Assembly: GCA_038210415.1 (NCBI GenBank)
Contig: JBBQWS010000001.1
Coordinates: 11,200 to 75,199 of the forward strand
Reading direction: 5' to 3'
Length of the DNA stretch: 64,000 nucleotides
Origin: Actinomycetes bacterium
GTDB lineage: Bacteria; Actinomycetota; Actinomycetes; Prado026
The position numbers were made by a program, and so were the translations under genes. Each line of letters starts with the position of its first letter. The stretch's first letter is position 1. This document shows positions 32,753-42,724 of this stretch, one piece after another. Under the pieces are notes generated by a model. That model was not told where the DNA came from, ran no database searches, and was given only the letters and a program-made list of their open reading frames with translations.

Positions 32753-34159
32753 ATGGCACGCACTCTTGCCGAGAAGGTCTGGGACGCACACATCGTCCGC
32801 AGGGCCGAGGGCGAACCCGATCTGCTCTACATCGATCTGCACCTGCTGCACGAGGTCACCAGTCCCCAGGCCTTCGACGGCCTACGCGAAGCGGGTCGCG
32901 GGGTTCGCCGCACCGACCTCACCCTCGCGACCGAGGACCACAACATCCCGACGACCGATCTCGACAAGCCGATCGCCGACCCCGTGAGCCGCGAGCAGGT
33001 GGACACCTTGCGTCGTAACTGCGCAGAGTTCGGCGTCCGGCTCTTCTCGATGGGCGACGTCGAGCAGGGGATCGTGCACGTGGTCGGTCCGCAGCTCGGT
33101 CTGACCCAGCCCGGGATGACCGTGGTCTGCGGCGACTCGCACACCAGCACTCACGGCGCGTTCGGCGCACTTGCCTTCGGCATCGGGACCAGCGAGGTCG
33201 AGCACGTCCTCGCGACCCAGACCCTGCCGCTCAACCCGTTCCAGACGATGGCCGTCACGGTCGACGGCACCCTCCCGGCCGGCGTCACGGCCAAGGATCT
33301 GGTGCTCGCCGTGATCGCGCAGATCGGTACCGGCGGCGGTCAGGGCTTCGTCCTTGAGTACCGCGGGGAGGCGATCCGGGCCCTTTCGATGGAAGCCCGG
33401 ATGACGGTCTGCAACATGTCGATCGAGGCCGGTGCGCGGGCGGGCATGATCGCCCCCGACCAGACGACCTTCGACTACCTCGAAGGTCGTCCGCACGCCC
33501 CGACCGGTGCCGACTGGGACGACGCGGTGGCGTGGTGGCGCACCCTCGCCAGCGACCCCGACGCCGTCTTCGACGCACAGGTCGTCATCGACGCCTCCTC
33601 GCTGACGCCGTTCGTCACGTGGGGAACCAATCCGGCCCAGGGCGCACCACTTTCCGCGACAGTCCCGGACCCCGCGTCGTACCCGGACCCGTCCGACCGG
33701 GTCGCAGCCGAGCGGGCGTTGGAGTACATGGGCCTGACCGCGGGAACCCCTTTGCGCGAAGTTCCCGTCGACACCGTCTTCGTCGGATCCTGCACCAACG
33801 GCCGGATCGAGGACCTGCGCGCCGTCGCGGAGGTCGTCCGCGGCCGGCACGTCGCCGAGGGTGTCCGGATGCTGGTGGTCCCCGGCTCGGTCCGGGTACG
33901 GCTCGCGGCCGAGGCCGAGGGTCTGGACCAGGTGTTCCTGGCAGCTGGCGCCGAGTGGCGGGGGGCCGGCTGCTCGATGTGCCTGGGCATGAACCCCGAC
34001 CAGCTCACCCCCGGGGAGCGCAGCGCCTCGACGTCGAACCGCAACTTCGAGGGTCGGCAGGGCAAGGGTGGACGTACGCACCTGGTCTCGCCACAGGTCG
34101 CCGCGGCGACCGCCGTCCGCGGCACCCTCTCGTCCCCTGCCGATCTGGAGGTCTTGTGA
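32753..34159 (+). CDS. leuC: 3-isopropylmalate dehydratase large subunit
   Basis: [15 protein letters not shown]..., [42 protein letters not shown]. Confidence 0.95.
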   Translation: MARTLAEKVWDAHIVRRAEGEPDLLYIDLHLLHEVTSPQAFDGLREAGRGVRRTDLTLATEDHNIPTTDLDKPIADPVSREQVDTLRRNCAEFGVRLFSMGDVEQGIVHVVGPQLGLTQPGMTVVCGDSHTSTHGAFGALAFGIGTSEVEHVLATQTLPLNPFQTMAVTVDGTLPAGVTAKDLVLAVIAQIGTGGGQGFVLEYRGEAIRALSMEARMTVCNMSIEAGARAGMIAPDQTTFDYLEGRPHAPTGADWDDAVAWWRTLASDPDAVFDAQVVIDASSLTPFVTWGTNPAQGAPLSATVPDPASYPDPSDRVAAERALEYMGLTAGTPLREVPVDTVFVGSCTNGRIEDLRAVAEVVRGRHVAEGVRMLVVPGSVRVRLAAEAEGLDQVFLAAGAEWRGAGCSMCLGMNPDQLTPGERSASTSNRNFEGRQGKGGRTHLVSPQVAAATAVRGTLSSPADLEVL

Positions 34160-34746
34160 TGCAGCCGTTCACCACGCACACCGGGACGCTGCTGCCCCTG
34201 CGCCGCAGCAACGTCGACACCGACCAGATCATCCCCGCGGTCTACCTGAAACGGGTCACCCGGACCGGCTTCGAGGACGGTCTCTTCGCCGCGTGGCGAC
34301 AGGACCCCGACTTCGTCCTCAACCGCCCGGAGCACGCTGGAGCGACGATCCTGGTCGCAGGGCACGACTTCGGCACCGGGTCGTCGCGCGAGCACGCCGT
34401 CTGGGCGTTGCAGAACTACGGCATTCGTGTCGTGGTCTCGCCGAGGTTCGCCGACATCTTCCGGGGTAACTCGCTCAAGGGCGGGCTGCTCACGGTCGAG
34501 CTCGACGCCGACGTCGTCGAGCGGCTGTGGGACGCGGCCGGGGCCGACCCGGCGACCGAGGTGACTGTGGATCTGGGCGCCCGCGAGGTGCGCTGGGACC
34601 AGGAGGTCGTGTCGTTCCAACTCGACGAGTACGCCCGTTGGCGGATGCTGGAGGGGTTGGACGACATCGGTCTGACCCTGCGGCACGAAGCCGACGTCGC
34701 AGCGTTCGAACTCGCGCGGCCCGGTTTCCTCCCGGTCACACGGTAG
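34159..34746 (+). CDS. leuD: 3-isopropylmalate dehydratase small subunit
   Basis: [31 protein letters not shown] and [17 protein letters not shown]. The ATG overlaps the leuC TGA. Confidence 0.95.
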   Translation: MQPFTTHTGTLLPLRRSNVDTDQIIPAVYLKRVTRTGFEDGLFAAWRQDPDFVLNRPEHAGATILVAGHDFGTGSSREHAVWALQNYGIRVVVSPRFADIFRGNSLKGGLLTVELDADVVERLWDAAGADPATEVTVDLGAREVRWDQEVVSFQLDEYARWRMLEGLDDIGLTLRHEADVAAFELARPGFLPVTR

Positions 34747-34964
34747 CCACGAGCCTGAGAAGTCGTTGTGCAGCAACGGCTTTGCGTCCCAGCCGGCCCG
34801 GGTGCATGCCCGTTGCCGTGCGCGTCCCGACGGGACGCCCGGACGCAAACCCGTTGCGACACAAGGAAGATTGACCCTCCCGGTGTTTGTGCACGGGGCG
34901 CAGAGCGAATACCGTCATCTCAGGTCGAGCGTGGGCTCGGCACCGGACTTCGCGAGGAGATGTA

Positions 34965-35516
34965 GTGAACAAGAGCGAGCTAATTGACGCTCTGGCCGAC
35001 CGGCTTGGCGTCGGCAAGAGAGAAGCCCAGGTTGCGGTCGAGGAGATCCTGGACACCATCACCCGGGCGATCGTCGCCGGCGAGAAGGTGGCCATCACCG
35101 GATTCGGCATTTTCGAGAAGGTTGAGCGCGGCGCTCGCGTCGCTCGCAACCCGCGCACTGGTGCCACCGTCAGGGTGAAGAAGACCCACGTTCCTAAGTT
35201 CCGTCCGGGCGCCGAGTTGAAGGCGTTCGTCAGTGGCGCCAAGAAGCTCGCCAAGGCTCCGACCAAGGCTGCTCCGGCCAAGGCTGCGGTCAAGAAGGCC
35301 GCTCCGGCCAAGGCTGCGGTCAAGAAGGCTGCTCCGGCCAAGGCTGCGGTCAAGAAGGCTGCTCCGGCCAAGGCTGCGGTCAAGAAGGCCGCTCCGGCCA
35401 AGGCTGCGGTCAAGAAGGCCGCTCCGGCCAAGGCTGCGGTCAAGAAGGCCGCTCCGGCCAAGAAGGCCCCGGCTAAGAAGGCCCCGGCTAAGAAGGCCCC
35501 GGCCAAGAGGGCATAA
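34965..35516 (+). CDS. hupB: HU/histone-like DNA-binding protein with a Lys/Ala/Pro-rich repeat tail
   Basis: [15 protein letters not shown]...[22 protein letters not shown] is the HU fold. It is followed by ([10 protein letters not shown])x6 and (KKAPA)x3. GTG 34965 lies after GAGGAG. Confidence 0.92.
   Translation: MNKSELIDALADRLGVGKREAQVAVEEILDTITRAIVAGEKVAITGFGIFEKVERGARVARNPRTGATVRVKKTHVPKFRPGAELKAFVSGAKKLAKAPTKAAPAKAAVKKAAPAKAAVKKAAPAKAAVKKAAPAKAAVKKAAPAKAAVKKAAPAKAAVKKAAPAKKAPAKKAPAKKAPAKRA
35271..35505 (+). repeat. Coding tandem repeats in the hupB tail: 6 x 30 bp, then 3 x 15 bp
   Basis: The 30-bp units at 35271-35450 differ only at their last base (c/t). The 15-bp units aagaaggccccggct lie at 35460-35504. 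Confidence 0.95.
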
Positions 35517-35529
35517 CCCTCAGCTCATT

Positions 35530-35568
35530 CGACGGCCCGACCCCCGATCACTGGGGGCCGGGCCGTCG
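35530..35568. terminator. Bidirectional terminator hairpin between hupB and the convergent small gene
   Basis: cgacggcccgaccccc / gatcact loop / gggggccgggccgtcg: a 16-bp stem with 1 mismatch. Confidence 0.7.
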
Positions 35569-35588
35569 GCTGTGCGGGGGTCGCACGG

Positions 35589-35804
35589 TCAGGAGGTCGA
35601 GCGACCGGGCAAGGTCGACAGGGTCAAGAACGTGACTCGCTCGCCGGCGGCGTCGACCTCGATGGTGACGCGCTGACCGAAGCGGGCGAGGCGCAGGCCC
35701 CCGGAGTCGAAGGCGGCCGCGTCGTAGGGGAGCTCGATGCCCTGGTCGAGCAGGACTGTGCCGCTGCGGGTCTGGGCGTCGAACGTGCGCACGGTCGCCT
35801 GCAT
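35589..35804 (-). CDS. Small conserved hypothetical protein (71 aa), apparently co-transcribed with cofC
   Basis: Very high third-position GC along its whole length. The start lies 3 nt after the cofC stop. I recognise no motif. Confidence 0.6.
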   Translation of the reverse strand: MQATVRTFDAQTRSGTVLLDQGIELPYDAAAFDSGGLRLARFGQRVTIEVDAAGERVTFLTLSTLPGRSTS

Positions 35805-35807
35805 GCC

Positions 35808-36470
35808 CTAGAGGCTAGCCCGGTCGTGGTCGAGGTCGGCCAGCGCTAGCCGTGTGCGCTCGCCAAGGCCCAGCCGGGCCGCGTCGTAGAGGTCGACCTC
35901 GGTGTCGACGTCGCGGCGCAGGCTGGCCAGTCCGGGACCGGTGAGCTCGGCGACCCCGGCCGCCCGGTGCGCGGCGCGAGATCGATGGCCGAAACGCGGG
36001 ACGAACAGGTCGCGACTGAGCGCGGTCAGCAGCGTGGTGCCGATGCCCTCGGCGTCGCTGACGAACGCCGAAGGGTGGTCGCGGGCGGCCTCGAGCGCTG
36101 ACGCCAGCTCAAGAGTTCGCAGCGCCGGCAGGTCCGACGACAGAGCCGCCACCGGGCTGTCCTTGAAGCGCGCGATGGCCTCGTCGGCCCCGTGACCGAG
36201 CGCCGGGTTGAGCCCGCTCGCCGGATCGTCTCGAACCACGGTGGCGCCCATCGAGCGTGCGACGGTTGCGACGGCTTCGGCGTCGGTGACCACGAGAACA
36301 CCGGCGACAACCGGGCAGGCCAGGGCCGCGGCCACGGTGTCGGCGGCGAACGCGGAAGCGAGCCGTTCTCGGTGCTCGCCTGCGTACCGGGAGAGCCGGG
36401 TCTTGGCGAGCTCGAGGCGTTTGACCGGAACCACGACCACCCAGCGTGGCTCGGTCGGCGTGGCAGTCAT
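35808..36470 (-). CDS. cofC: 2-phospho-L-lactate / phosphoenolpyruvate guanylyltransferase (F420 biosynthesis)
   Basis: 220 aa. WVVVVPVKRLELAKTRL is the CofC/FbiD N-terminal signature. Its position near gpsA matches Rv2983. Confidence 0.8.
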   Translation of the reverse strand: MTATPTEPRWVVVVPVKRLELAKTRLSRYAGEHRERLASAFAADTVAAALACPVVAGVLVVTDAEAVATVARSMGATVVRDDPASGLNPALGHGADEAIARFKDSPVAALSSDLPALRTLELASALEAARDHPSAFVSDAEGIGTTLLTALSRDLFVPRFGHRSRAAHRAAGVAELTGPGLASLRRDVDTEVDLYDAARLGLGERTRLALADLDHDRASL

Positions 36471-36495
36471 AGTGCCGAGATCCTGTCACGAGACG

Positions 36496-37278
36496 ATGAG
36501 CCGGATGACCCGTCCCCGTCTGGGCTTCTGGTACCGGTTCACGATCGCGATCGTGAAGCCGGTGATGACCGTGCTCAGCAGTCGCGACTGGCCACCCGGT
36601 CACCCGCTGCCCGACGGCGGGATCGTCGTGGTGCCGAACCACATGTCGCACGTCGACCCCTTCGTCGTGGGCCACTACCTCTACAACCAGCGGCGACCCC
36701 CGCGGTTCTTGGCGAAGTCGTCCTTGTTCTCGACCTTCTTCGTCGGGATGGTCCTGCGCCACGCCGGCCAGATCCCGGTGTACCGCGAGACCCGGGACGC
36801 CGCGGAAGCGCTGCGGGACGCGATCACGGCGGTCCGACGGGGTGAGTGCGTCGTCGTGTACCCCGAGGGCACCCTGACCCGCGACCCCGACCTGTGGCCG
36901 ATGGTCGGCAAGACCGGTGCGGCCCGGATCGCGTTCGCGAGCGGTTGCCCGGTGGTTCCCGTTGCGATGTGGGGGCCGCAGGACCTGCTGCCGCCGTACA
37001 GCCGGCGTCCTCGGCTGTGGCCCCGAGCAACGATGCACCTGCGGGTCGGAGCGCCGGTCGAGTTGACCGACCTGGTCCCACCGGGTTCGGACCCCACGGC
37101 TGTCTCAGGCGAGACGCTGCGTCGGGCGACCGAACGGATCATGGACGCGATCACCGAGCTGCTCGCGGACCTGCGCGGCGCACCGGTGCCGGCGGTGCGG
37201 TTCGACCCGCGAGCGGTCGGACCGGGTCGGCCGCGGCGTACGCTCGGGAACGATCAGGAAGAGGAAGGGGCGCGATGA
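36496..37278 (+). CDS. plsC: 1-acyl-sn-glycerol-3-phosphate acyltransferase
   Basis: Acyltransferase motifs [12 protein letters not shown] (NHxxxxD) and [13 protein letters not shown] 36496. Confidence 0.85.
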   Translation: MSRMTRPRLGFWYRFTIAIVKPVMTVLSSRDWPPGHPLPDGGIVVVPNHMSHVDPFVVGHYLYNQRRPPRFLAKSSLFSTFFVGMVLRHAGQIPVYRETRDAAEALRDAITAVRRGECVVVYPEGTLTRDPDLWPMVGKTGAARIAFASGCPVVPVAMWGPQDLLPPYSRRPRLWPRATMHLRVGAPVELTDLVPPGSDPTAVSGETLRRATERIMDAITELLADLRGAPVPAVRFDPRAVGPGRPRRTLGNDQEEEGAR

Positions 37279-38282
37279 CCAAGGCGGCCGTGCTGGGCAG
37301 CGGATCATGGGGCACGGCCTTCGCGGCGGTCCTCGCCGACGCAGGCACCGACGTGGTGCTCTGGGGCAAGGACCCGGTGCTGGCGGACACGATCTCCAAG
37401 ACCCGGCAGAACCCTTCGTACCACCCCGGGATCGAGCTGCCCGAATCGTTGCAGGCGACGTCGGACATCGGGCAGGCGTTGGTCGGCGCCGACTTCGTGG
37501 TCCTTGCGATCCCGTCGCAGGTGCTGCGCGAGAACCTCGAGCGCTGGACGCCGATGCTCGACGCGGACTCCGTTCTGGTCAGCCTGATCAAGGGGATCGA
37601 GGTGGGCACCCGCAAGCGGATGAGCGAGGTCGTCCTCGAAGTCACGGGCCTGTCGCCCGACCGAGCGGCAGTGGTCTCCGGACCCAACCTCGCCGGCGAG
37701 ATCATGCTGCGCCAGCCCGCCGCGACGGTGGTCGCCTGCACTGACGAGGAGACTGCGGGCCGGCTCCAGCAGGCCTGCCTGACGTCCTACTTCCGTCCCT
37801 ATACCAACACCGACGTGGTGGGGGTCGAGCTCGGCGGCGCGGCCAAGAACGTCATCGCCCTGGCCAACGGGATCGCTGCAGGCATGGGCTACGGCGAGAA
37901 CACCCAGGCCTCGTTGATCACCCGCGGTCTGGCCGAGATCACCCGGCTCGGGCTCGCTCTCGGAGCCGACCCGCAGACGTTCGCCGGACTGGCCGGCCTC
38001 GGTGACCTCGTGGCCACCTGTACGTCGCCACTGTCCCGCAACCGCACCTTCGGCGAGAACCTCGGAAAGGGGCTCTCGATGGCGGAGGCGAGCGCGGCCA
38101 TGAAGCAGACCTGTGAGGGTGTGAAGTCGTGCCGGGCAATCCTCGCCCTCTCGCAGGAGCTCGAGGTCGACATGCCCATCACCGAGGTGGTGGTCGGTGC
38201 GGTGCACGAAGGGCTGTCCCCGCGCGAGGTCGTGCAGGCACTGATGGGTCGGGACGCGAAGTCGGAGCGGCTCAGCGGCTGA
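37275..38282 (+). CDS. gpsA: NAD(P)H-dependent glycerol-3-phosphate dehydrogenase
   Basis: [24 protein letters not shown]..., [18 protein letters not shown] overlap with plsC. Confidence 0.93.
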   Translation: MTKAAVLGSGSWGTAFAAVLADAGTDVVLWGKDPVLADTISKTRQNPSYHPGIELPESLQATSDIGQALVGADFVVLAIPSQVLRENLERWTPMLDADSVLVSLIKGIEVGTRKRMSEVVLEVTGLSPDRAAVVSGPNLAGEIMLRQPAATVVACTDEETAGRLQQACLTSYFRPYTNTDVVGVELGGAAKNVIALANGIAAGMGYGENTQASLITRGLAEITRLGLALGADPQTFAGLAGLGDLVATCTSPLSRNRTFGENLGKGLSMAEASAAMKQTCEGVKSCRAILALSQELEVDMPITEVVVGAVHEGLSPREVVQALMGRDAKSERLSG

Positions 38283-39354
38283 GCAGAGCCCGCTCGAGGT
38301 CGGCCCACAGGTCGTCGACGTCTTCGATCCCGACCGAGAGCCGCAGCAGGCTTTCGCTCACGGTGTCGGCCTCGGCCGGCCAGCGCCGGCGGCGCTCCAG
38401 GCTCGACTCGACCCCGCCCAGGCTCGTCGCGTTGATCCACAGCCGTACGGCGACGGCGACAGCGTCGGCAGCGGCGGCACCACCGCGCAACTCGATCGAG
38501 AGCATCGCGCCGAACCCGGGGTAGCGGACCAGCGACACGGCCGGGTGCGCCGCGAGCCGGGCGGCGAGGTCGCGGGCGTTGGTCTGCGCGCGCTCGACCC
38601 GCAGCGCGAGGGTGCGCAGCCCTCTGAGCGCGAGGAACGTCTCCATCGGCCCGGGTACCGCCCCGTGCAGCCGGCGATGGTCGTCGAGCCGCTGCTGCAG
38701 CCGGGGGTCGGCGGTCACGGTCACCCCGAGCACGACGTCCGAGTGACCGCCGAGGAACTTCGTGGCGCTGTGCACGACGAGGTCCGCCCCGAGCTCGAGC
38801 GGCCGCTGCAAGATCGGCGTTGCGAACGTGTTGTCGACGACGAGGAGCGCCCCGGCTCTACGCGCGGACGACGCCGCCGCGGCGATGTCGGCGACGTCGA
38901 GCAGTGGGTTCGTGGGGGACTCCACCCACAACAGGTCGGCACCGACCGCAGCCGTGGCCAGCTGGGCGGCATCGGCCACCTCGACCGCGCGCACCGTCGC
39001 GCGGCCCTGGTCGACCCGCTCCTGCAGCAGCGCCCGCGTGCCGGTGTAGGCGTTGTCGGGCGCGACGACCACTGCGCCCTCCGGCAGCAACGACAGCACC
39101 GCCGACACCGCAGCCAGCCCGGAGGCGTACGCGAGGGCAGTGCCGCCCTCGAGCGACCCGACTGCCTCCTCGAACGCGCTCCACCCGGGGTTGCCGTAGC
39201 GTCCGTACTCGACCTCGCCGCCGGCGTGGTAGGTCGAGGCGAACGTGACCGGGACGTTGAACGGCGCGTCGGCGTCGCGGTCGGGGCGCCCGGCAACGAC
39301 GGCCCGGGTCGCGGTGGCCAGCCGGGGGTTCGTGGGGCCGAGCGGGTTCGTCAT
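38272..39354 (-). CDS. PLP-dependent trans-sulfuration family enzyme (cystathionine gamma-synthase / gamma-lyase / beta-lyase type)
   Basis: 360 aa. The PLP-lysine motif is [21 protein letters not shown] and DNTFATP are also present. 11-nt convergent overlap with gpsA. Confidence 0.85.
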   Translation of the reverse strand: MTNPLGPTNPRLATATRAVVAGRPDRDADAPFNVPVTFASTYHAGGEVEYGRYGNPGWSAFEEAVGSLEGGTALAYASGLAAVSAVLSLLPEGAVVVAPDNAYTGTRALLQERVDQGRATVRAVEVADAAQLATAAVGADLLWVESPTNPLLDVADIAAAASSARRAGALLVVDNTFATPILQRPLELGADLVVHSATKFLGGHSDVVLGVTVTADPRLQQRLDDHRRLHGAVPGPMETFLALRGLRTLALRVERAQTNARDLAARLAAHPAVSLVRYPGFGAMLSIELRGGAAAADAVAVAVRLWINATSLGGVESSLERRRRWPAEADTVSESLLRLSVGIEDVDDLWADLERALLSR

Positions 39355-39388
39355 GGGGCCAGTATCGCGGGCCGGTAGGGTCGCTGCG

Positions 39389-40516
39389 ATGACTCAGCCA
39401 CGTGAAGCCGCGCGCAAGCCGAGGGTCGCCGTGGTGTTCGGCGGACGCAGCAGCGAGCATGGGATCTCCTGTGTCAGTGCGGGCAGTGTGCTCGCCGCGA
39501 TCGACCGCGACCGCTACGACGTGGTGCCGATCGGCATCTCCCCGGACGGCCGCTGGGTGCTGGCCGCGGACGATCCCGAGCGGCTCGCGATCGCCGGCGG
39601 AGTGCTTCCTGCGGTCGACGGGTCCGGCGTCGCGGTCGTGCTGGCCGGCGACCCCACGGCGGGCGGGCTGACGGTGCTCGACCCGGGCCGGGTGCCCGAG
39701 ACGTTCGGCGAGGTCGACGTCGTCTTCCCGCTGCTGCACGGTCCGTACGGCGAGGACGGCACCATCCAGGGCCTGCTCGAGCTGGCGGGCGTGCCGTACG
39801 TCGGCTCGGGCGTGCTCTCGTCCGCGGTGTCGATGGACAAGGGTGCGATGAAGGCCATGCTGCGCGCCGCGGGGCTGCCGGTAGGACCGTACGTCGTGAT
39901 CACCGACCGCGAGTGGCTGGCCGACCCGGGCGCCGCAGTCGCCGGGGTCCGAGCCGCGCTGACGCTGCCCGTCTTCGTCAAGCCGGCCCGGGCCGGTTCG
40001 AGCGTCGGCATCAGCAAGGTCAAGCAGTGGTCGGAGCTCGGTGACGCCATCGACGAGGCCCGGCGGCACGACCCGAAGGTCGTTGTCGAGCAGGCTATCG
40101 ACGGTCGCGAGATCGAGTGCGGGGTGCTCGAGAGCGCCGACGGGCGGACCGTCGAGACGAGTGTCTGCGCCGAGATCCGGGTCGGTGCGGCCCACGAGTT
40201 CTACGACTTCCGGGCGAAGTACCTCGATGACGCCACCGAGCTCGACGTGCCGGCCGACCTGACACCCGACGAGTCCGGCCGCGTGCGCTCCCTTGCTGCT
40301 GCGGCCTTCCGCGCGCTGGACTGCGAGGGCTTCGCGCGGGCCGACTTCTTCCTGCTCCCGGACGGCACCGTCGTCGTGAACGAGGTCAACACCATCCCCG
40401 GCTTCACCCCCGTGTCGATGTTCCCGCGCATGTGGGCGGCGACCGGGCTCGACTACCCGACGCTCGTCGACCGGCTCATCGCGTCGGCCCTGCGCAAGCG
40501 GCCCGGGCTGCGCTGA
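39389..40516 (+). CDS. ddl: D-alanine--D-alanine ligase
   Basis: VAVVFGGRSSEHGISCVSA, HGPYGEDGTIQGLLE, ATP-grasp region, and VNEVNTIPGFT. Confidence 0.93.
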   Translation: MTQPREAARKPRVAVVFGGRSSEHGISCVSAGSVLAAIDRDRYDVVPIGISPDGRWVLAADDPERLAIAGGVLPAVDGSGVAVVLAGDPTAGGLTVLDPGRVPETFGEVDVVFPLLHGPYGEDGTIQGLLELAGVPYVGSGVLSSAVSMDKGAMKAMLRAAGLPVGPYVVITDREWLADPGAAVAGVRAALTLPVFVKPARAGSSVGISKVKQWSELGDAIDEARRHDPKVVVEQAIDGREIECGVLESADGRTVETSVCAEIRVGAAHEFYDFRAKYLDDATELDVPADLTPDESGRVRSLAAAAFRALDCEGFARADFFLLPDGTVVVNEVNTIPGFTPVSMFPRMWAATGLDYPTLVDRLIASALRKRPGLR

Positions 40517-41014
40517 TCACGGAGCGCCACCGGGCCGGACCGGGTCGGCGTTCGAGACGGCCGGAGCCAGGTCGACCAGCGTCGCTGAACCTTGCTGCTG
40601 GGTGCCGGGCACGGTCACCTCGACGTACGCCTGCCTGCCCGTGGCGGTGAACCGCCACCCGCCTGGCACCTGCTCGGGAAACCAGGAGACGCCGTTCGCC
40701 CGGAACAGCTCGGCGGTCAACGTCAGAGCCGACGGACGCGCGACGCCACAGCGGAGCACGACGGCCGGGTCGCCCCACGCTGCCGTCAGAGTCGACGCGG
40801 GGGTGGTGTCGCGTCGCGGCCGCCCGCCAAGCGGGTCCGGCAGGAGGGTCTGCACGTCTCGGCACACCACCGTCTGCGCCGGCCCCGCAGCGGGAGGCTC
40901 GACCCGGACGGCGGTGGACCGGAAGAGCACGTACGCGACCACGCCGAGGAGGAGCGCGCCCGCGCCGAAGACCAGGAGAAGCTGACGCCCGGTCAGCGGT
41001 GGACGCCTGGTCAG
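40517..41014 (-). CDS. Membrane-anchored conserved actinobacterial protein (DUF3515-like); start uncertain
   Basis: One TM segment (LLLVFGAGALLLGVVAYVLF) followed by a ~130-aa domain. No ATG, GTG or TTG lies upstream of the TM segment in this frame. The only plausible start is a CTG overlapping the upstream stop (CTGA). Confidence 0.5.
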   Translation of the reverse strand: MTRRPPLTGRQLLLVFGAGALLLGVVAYVLFRSTAVRVEPPAAGPAQTVVCRDVQTLLPDPLGGRPRRDTTPASTLTAAWGDPAVVLRCGVARPSALTLTAELFRANGVSWFPEQVPGGWRFTATGRQAYVEVTVPGTQQQGSATLVDLAPAVSNADPVRPGGAP

Positions 41015-41247
41015 AGGTGGACGACCGGGCAGGTCAGCGTGCGGGTGATGCCGGGGACCGCCTGGACCTTGGCGACGACGAGCTTGCCGAGCTCGTCGAC
41101 GCTGCCCGCTTCGGCGCGCACGATCACGTCGTACGGGCCGGTCACGTCCTCGGCCATGGTGACGCCGGTGATGTCCGCGATCGAGGCTGCGACGTGCGCG
41201 GCCTTGCCGACCTCGGTCTGGATCAGGATGTATGCCTGGACCGTCAC
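41011..41247 (-). CDS. Small Lrp/AsnC ligand-binding-domain protein (78 aa)
   Basis: VTVQAYILIQTEVGKAAHVAASIADITGVTMAEDVTGPYDVIVRAEA... is a stand-alone RAM/ACT-like domain. GTG start with GGGAGG 6 nt upstream. Confidence 0.75.
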   Translation of the reverse strand: MTVQAYILIQTEVGKAAHVAASIADITGVTMAEDVTGPYDVIVRAEAGSVDELGKLVVAKVQAVPGITRTLTCPVVHL

Positions 41248-41333
41248 GCTGGGCCTCCCTAACCTGTGGACGAGCCAGGAGGCTACCGCAGCCCGAGCCG
41301 CTGGCGACCGGCGCGGGTCTGTCAGGTGGCACG

Positions 41334-42332
41334 ATGGCTCGGGTGAGCGACCACGAGCATCCGCTGAGCCAGACACCCACGGACGGCACGGTGGGCGCGC
41401 TCGGGGAGTTCGAGCTCATCGCGGCGGTGACGGCGCGCTTTCCGGGCGGCCCCGAGGTGATCCTCGGCCCCGGCGACGACGCGGCGGTGGTGGCGGCCCC
41501 GGACGGCCGGGTCGTCGCGACGACGGACCTACTCGTCGAAGGCGTGCACTTCCGCCGGGACTGGTCCGAGGCCGCTGACGTGGGCCACAAGGCTGCCGCC
41601 CAGAACCTCGCCGACATCGCCGCCATGGGCGCGCGCGCCACCGCGCTGCTGATCGGGCTGGCGGCCCCCGCCGACCTGCCCACGGCCTGGGCGCTGGCGT
41701 TCGCCGACGGACTGGCCGCCGAGGCGAGCCGGGCCGGGGCGGCCGTCGTGGGCGGCGACGTCGTGGCCAGCGGCCGGCTCGTCGTCGCGGTCACGGCCCT
41801 CGGATCGCTCGACGGCCGCGAGCCCGTGACCCGCTCGGGCGCGCGGGTCGGCGACGTGGTGGCCGTACGAGGGCGGCTCGGCTGGTCCGCAGGCGGTCTC
41901 GCAGTGCTCAGCCGTGGCTTCCGGTCGCCGCGCGTGCTGGTCGAGGCGCACCGTCGACCGATGCCCGACTACGCGGCCGGGCCGGCTGCGGCCGGGGCCG
42001 GCGCCACCGCCATGGTCGACACCAGCGACGGCCTGCTGGCCGACCTGTTGCACGTCGCCGAGGCGTCCGGTGTGGGGATCGAGCTCGATGTGGCGGCTCT
42101 CGACGTCCCCGCGGTGCTCCGCGACGCGGCGGCCGCGCTCGGCAAGGACCCGATCGACTGGGTACTGACCGGCGGCGAAGACCACGCGCTCGCCGCGACC
42201 TACCCGGCCGCCACCGGGGCTCCCTCCGGCTGGGTGGTGCTCGGCTTCGTCGTCGAAGGGTCAGGGGTGGTCGTGGCGGGCGTCGACGGGACGTACGAGG
42301 GACCCGGCGGCTGGCGGCACTACCGTGCCTAG
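41334..42332 (+). CDS. thiL: Thiamine-monophosphate kinase
   Basis: LGEFELIAAVTARF, GPGDDAAVV and DLLVEGVHF (AIR-synthase-like fold). Confidence 0.88.
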   Translation: MARVSDHEHPLSQTPTDGTVGALGEFELIAAVTARFPGGPEVILGPGDDAAVVAAPDGRVVATTDLLVEGVHFRRDWSEAADVGHKAAAQNLADIAAMGARATALLIGLAAPADLPTAWALAFADGLAAEASRAGAAVVGGDVVASGRLVVAVTALGSLDGREPVTRSGARVGDVVAVRGRLGWSAGGLAVLSRGFRSPRVLVEAHRRPMPDYAAGPAAAGAGATAMVDTSDGLLADLLHVAEASGVGIELDVAALDVPAVLRDAAAALGKDPIDWVLTGGEDHALAATYPAATGAPSGWVVLGFVVEGSGVVVAGVDGTYEGPGGWRHYRA

Positions 42333-42352
42333 GTTCGGCCGGGCAGCACGAA

Positions 42353-42375
42353 GGCCGGCCCCGAGGGGACCGGCC
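42353..42375. terminator. Bidirectional hairpin between thiL and rpmB
   Basis: ggccggcccc / ga / ggggaccggcc: a GC-rich stem with one bulge. Confidence 0.5.
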
Positions 42376-42392
42376 CTCGTGAGGGTGCGGGA

Positions 42393-42578
42393 CTAGCGGG
42401 TGACCTTGCCCGCCTTGATGCAGGAGGTGCACACGTTCAGGCGCTTCGGAGTCTTGCCCACCATGGCCTTGACGCGCTGGATGTTCGGGTTCCAGCGACG
42501 CGAGGTGCGGCGGTGCGAGTGAGAAATGCTGTTGCCGAAGCCCGGCCCCTTGCCGCAGACGTCGCAGTTGGCAGCCAC
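42393..42578 (-). CDS. rpmB: 50S ribosomal protein L28 (Cys-containing form)
   Basis: (M)[35 protein letters not shown]...[10 protein letters not shown]. The second GTG (complement 42576-78) lies 8 nt after GGGAG. The track start at 42587 is probably too long. Confidence 0.93.
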   Translation of the reverse strand: MAANCDVCGKGPGFGNSISHSHRRTSRRWNPNIQRVKAMVGKTPKRLNVCTSCIKAGKVTR

Positions 42579-42724
42579 GGTCGACACTCCCAGAATCGGT
42601 TGGACGATTGGGTGGGGCGCGCAGATCGGCGGCCCACGGTCGCCCGGGATGGCCCGGACAACCTCGTGAGGGTACCCGACCTGCGGGTCCCGACGCCAAC
42701 CGCCCCCTCGCGTACCGTACGGCT

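Noticed and set aside
34736-35506. 256-aa Ala-rich minus-strand ORF, and the regular 30-bp repeats as a possible CRISPR array
   Set aside because: The ORF is the antisense of the hupB tail. The repeats are contiguous, so there are no spacers. They are in frame and encode the Lys/Ala/Pro tail typical of actinobacterial HU.
41248-41333. TPP riboswitch upstream of thiL
   Set aside because: There is no CUGAGA/ACCUGA-type conserved core, and the spacer (86 bp) is too short.
41248-41794. Upstream part of track ORF 40517..41794 (425 aa)
   Set aside because: It runs antisense through thiL and out of frame through the Lrp/AsnC-domain gene. Only the C-terminal ~165 aa look like a real protein.
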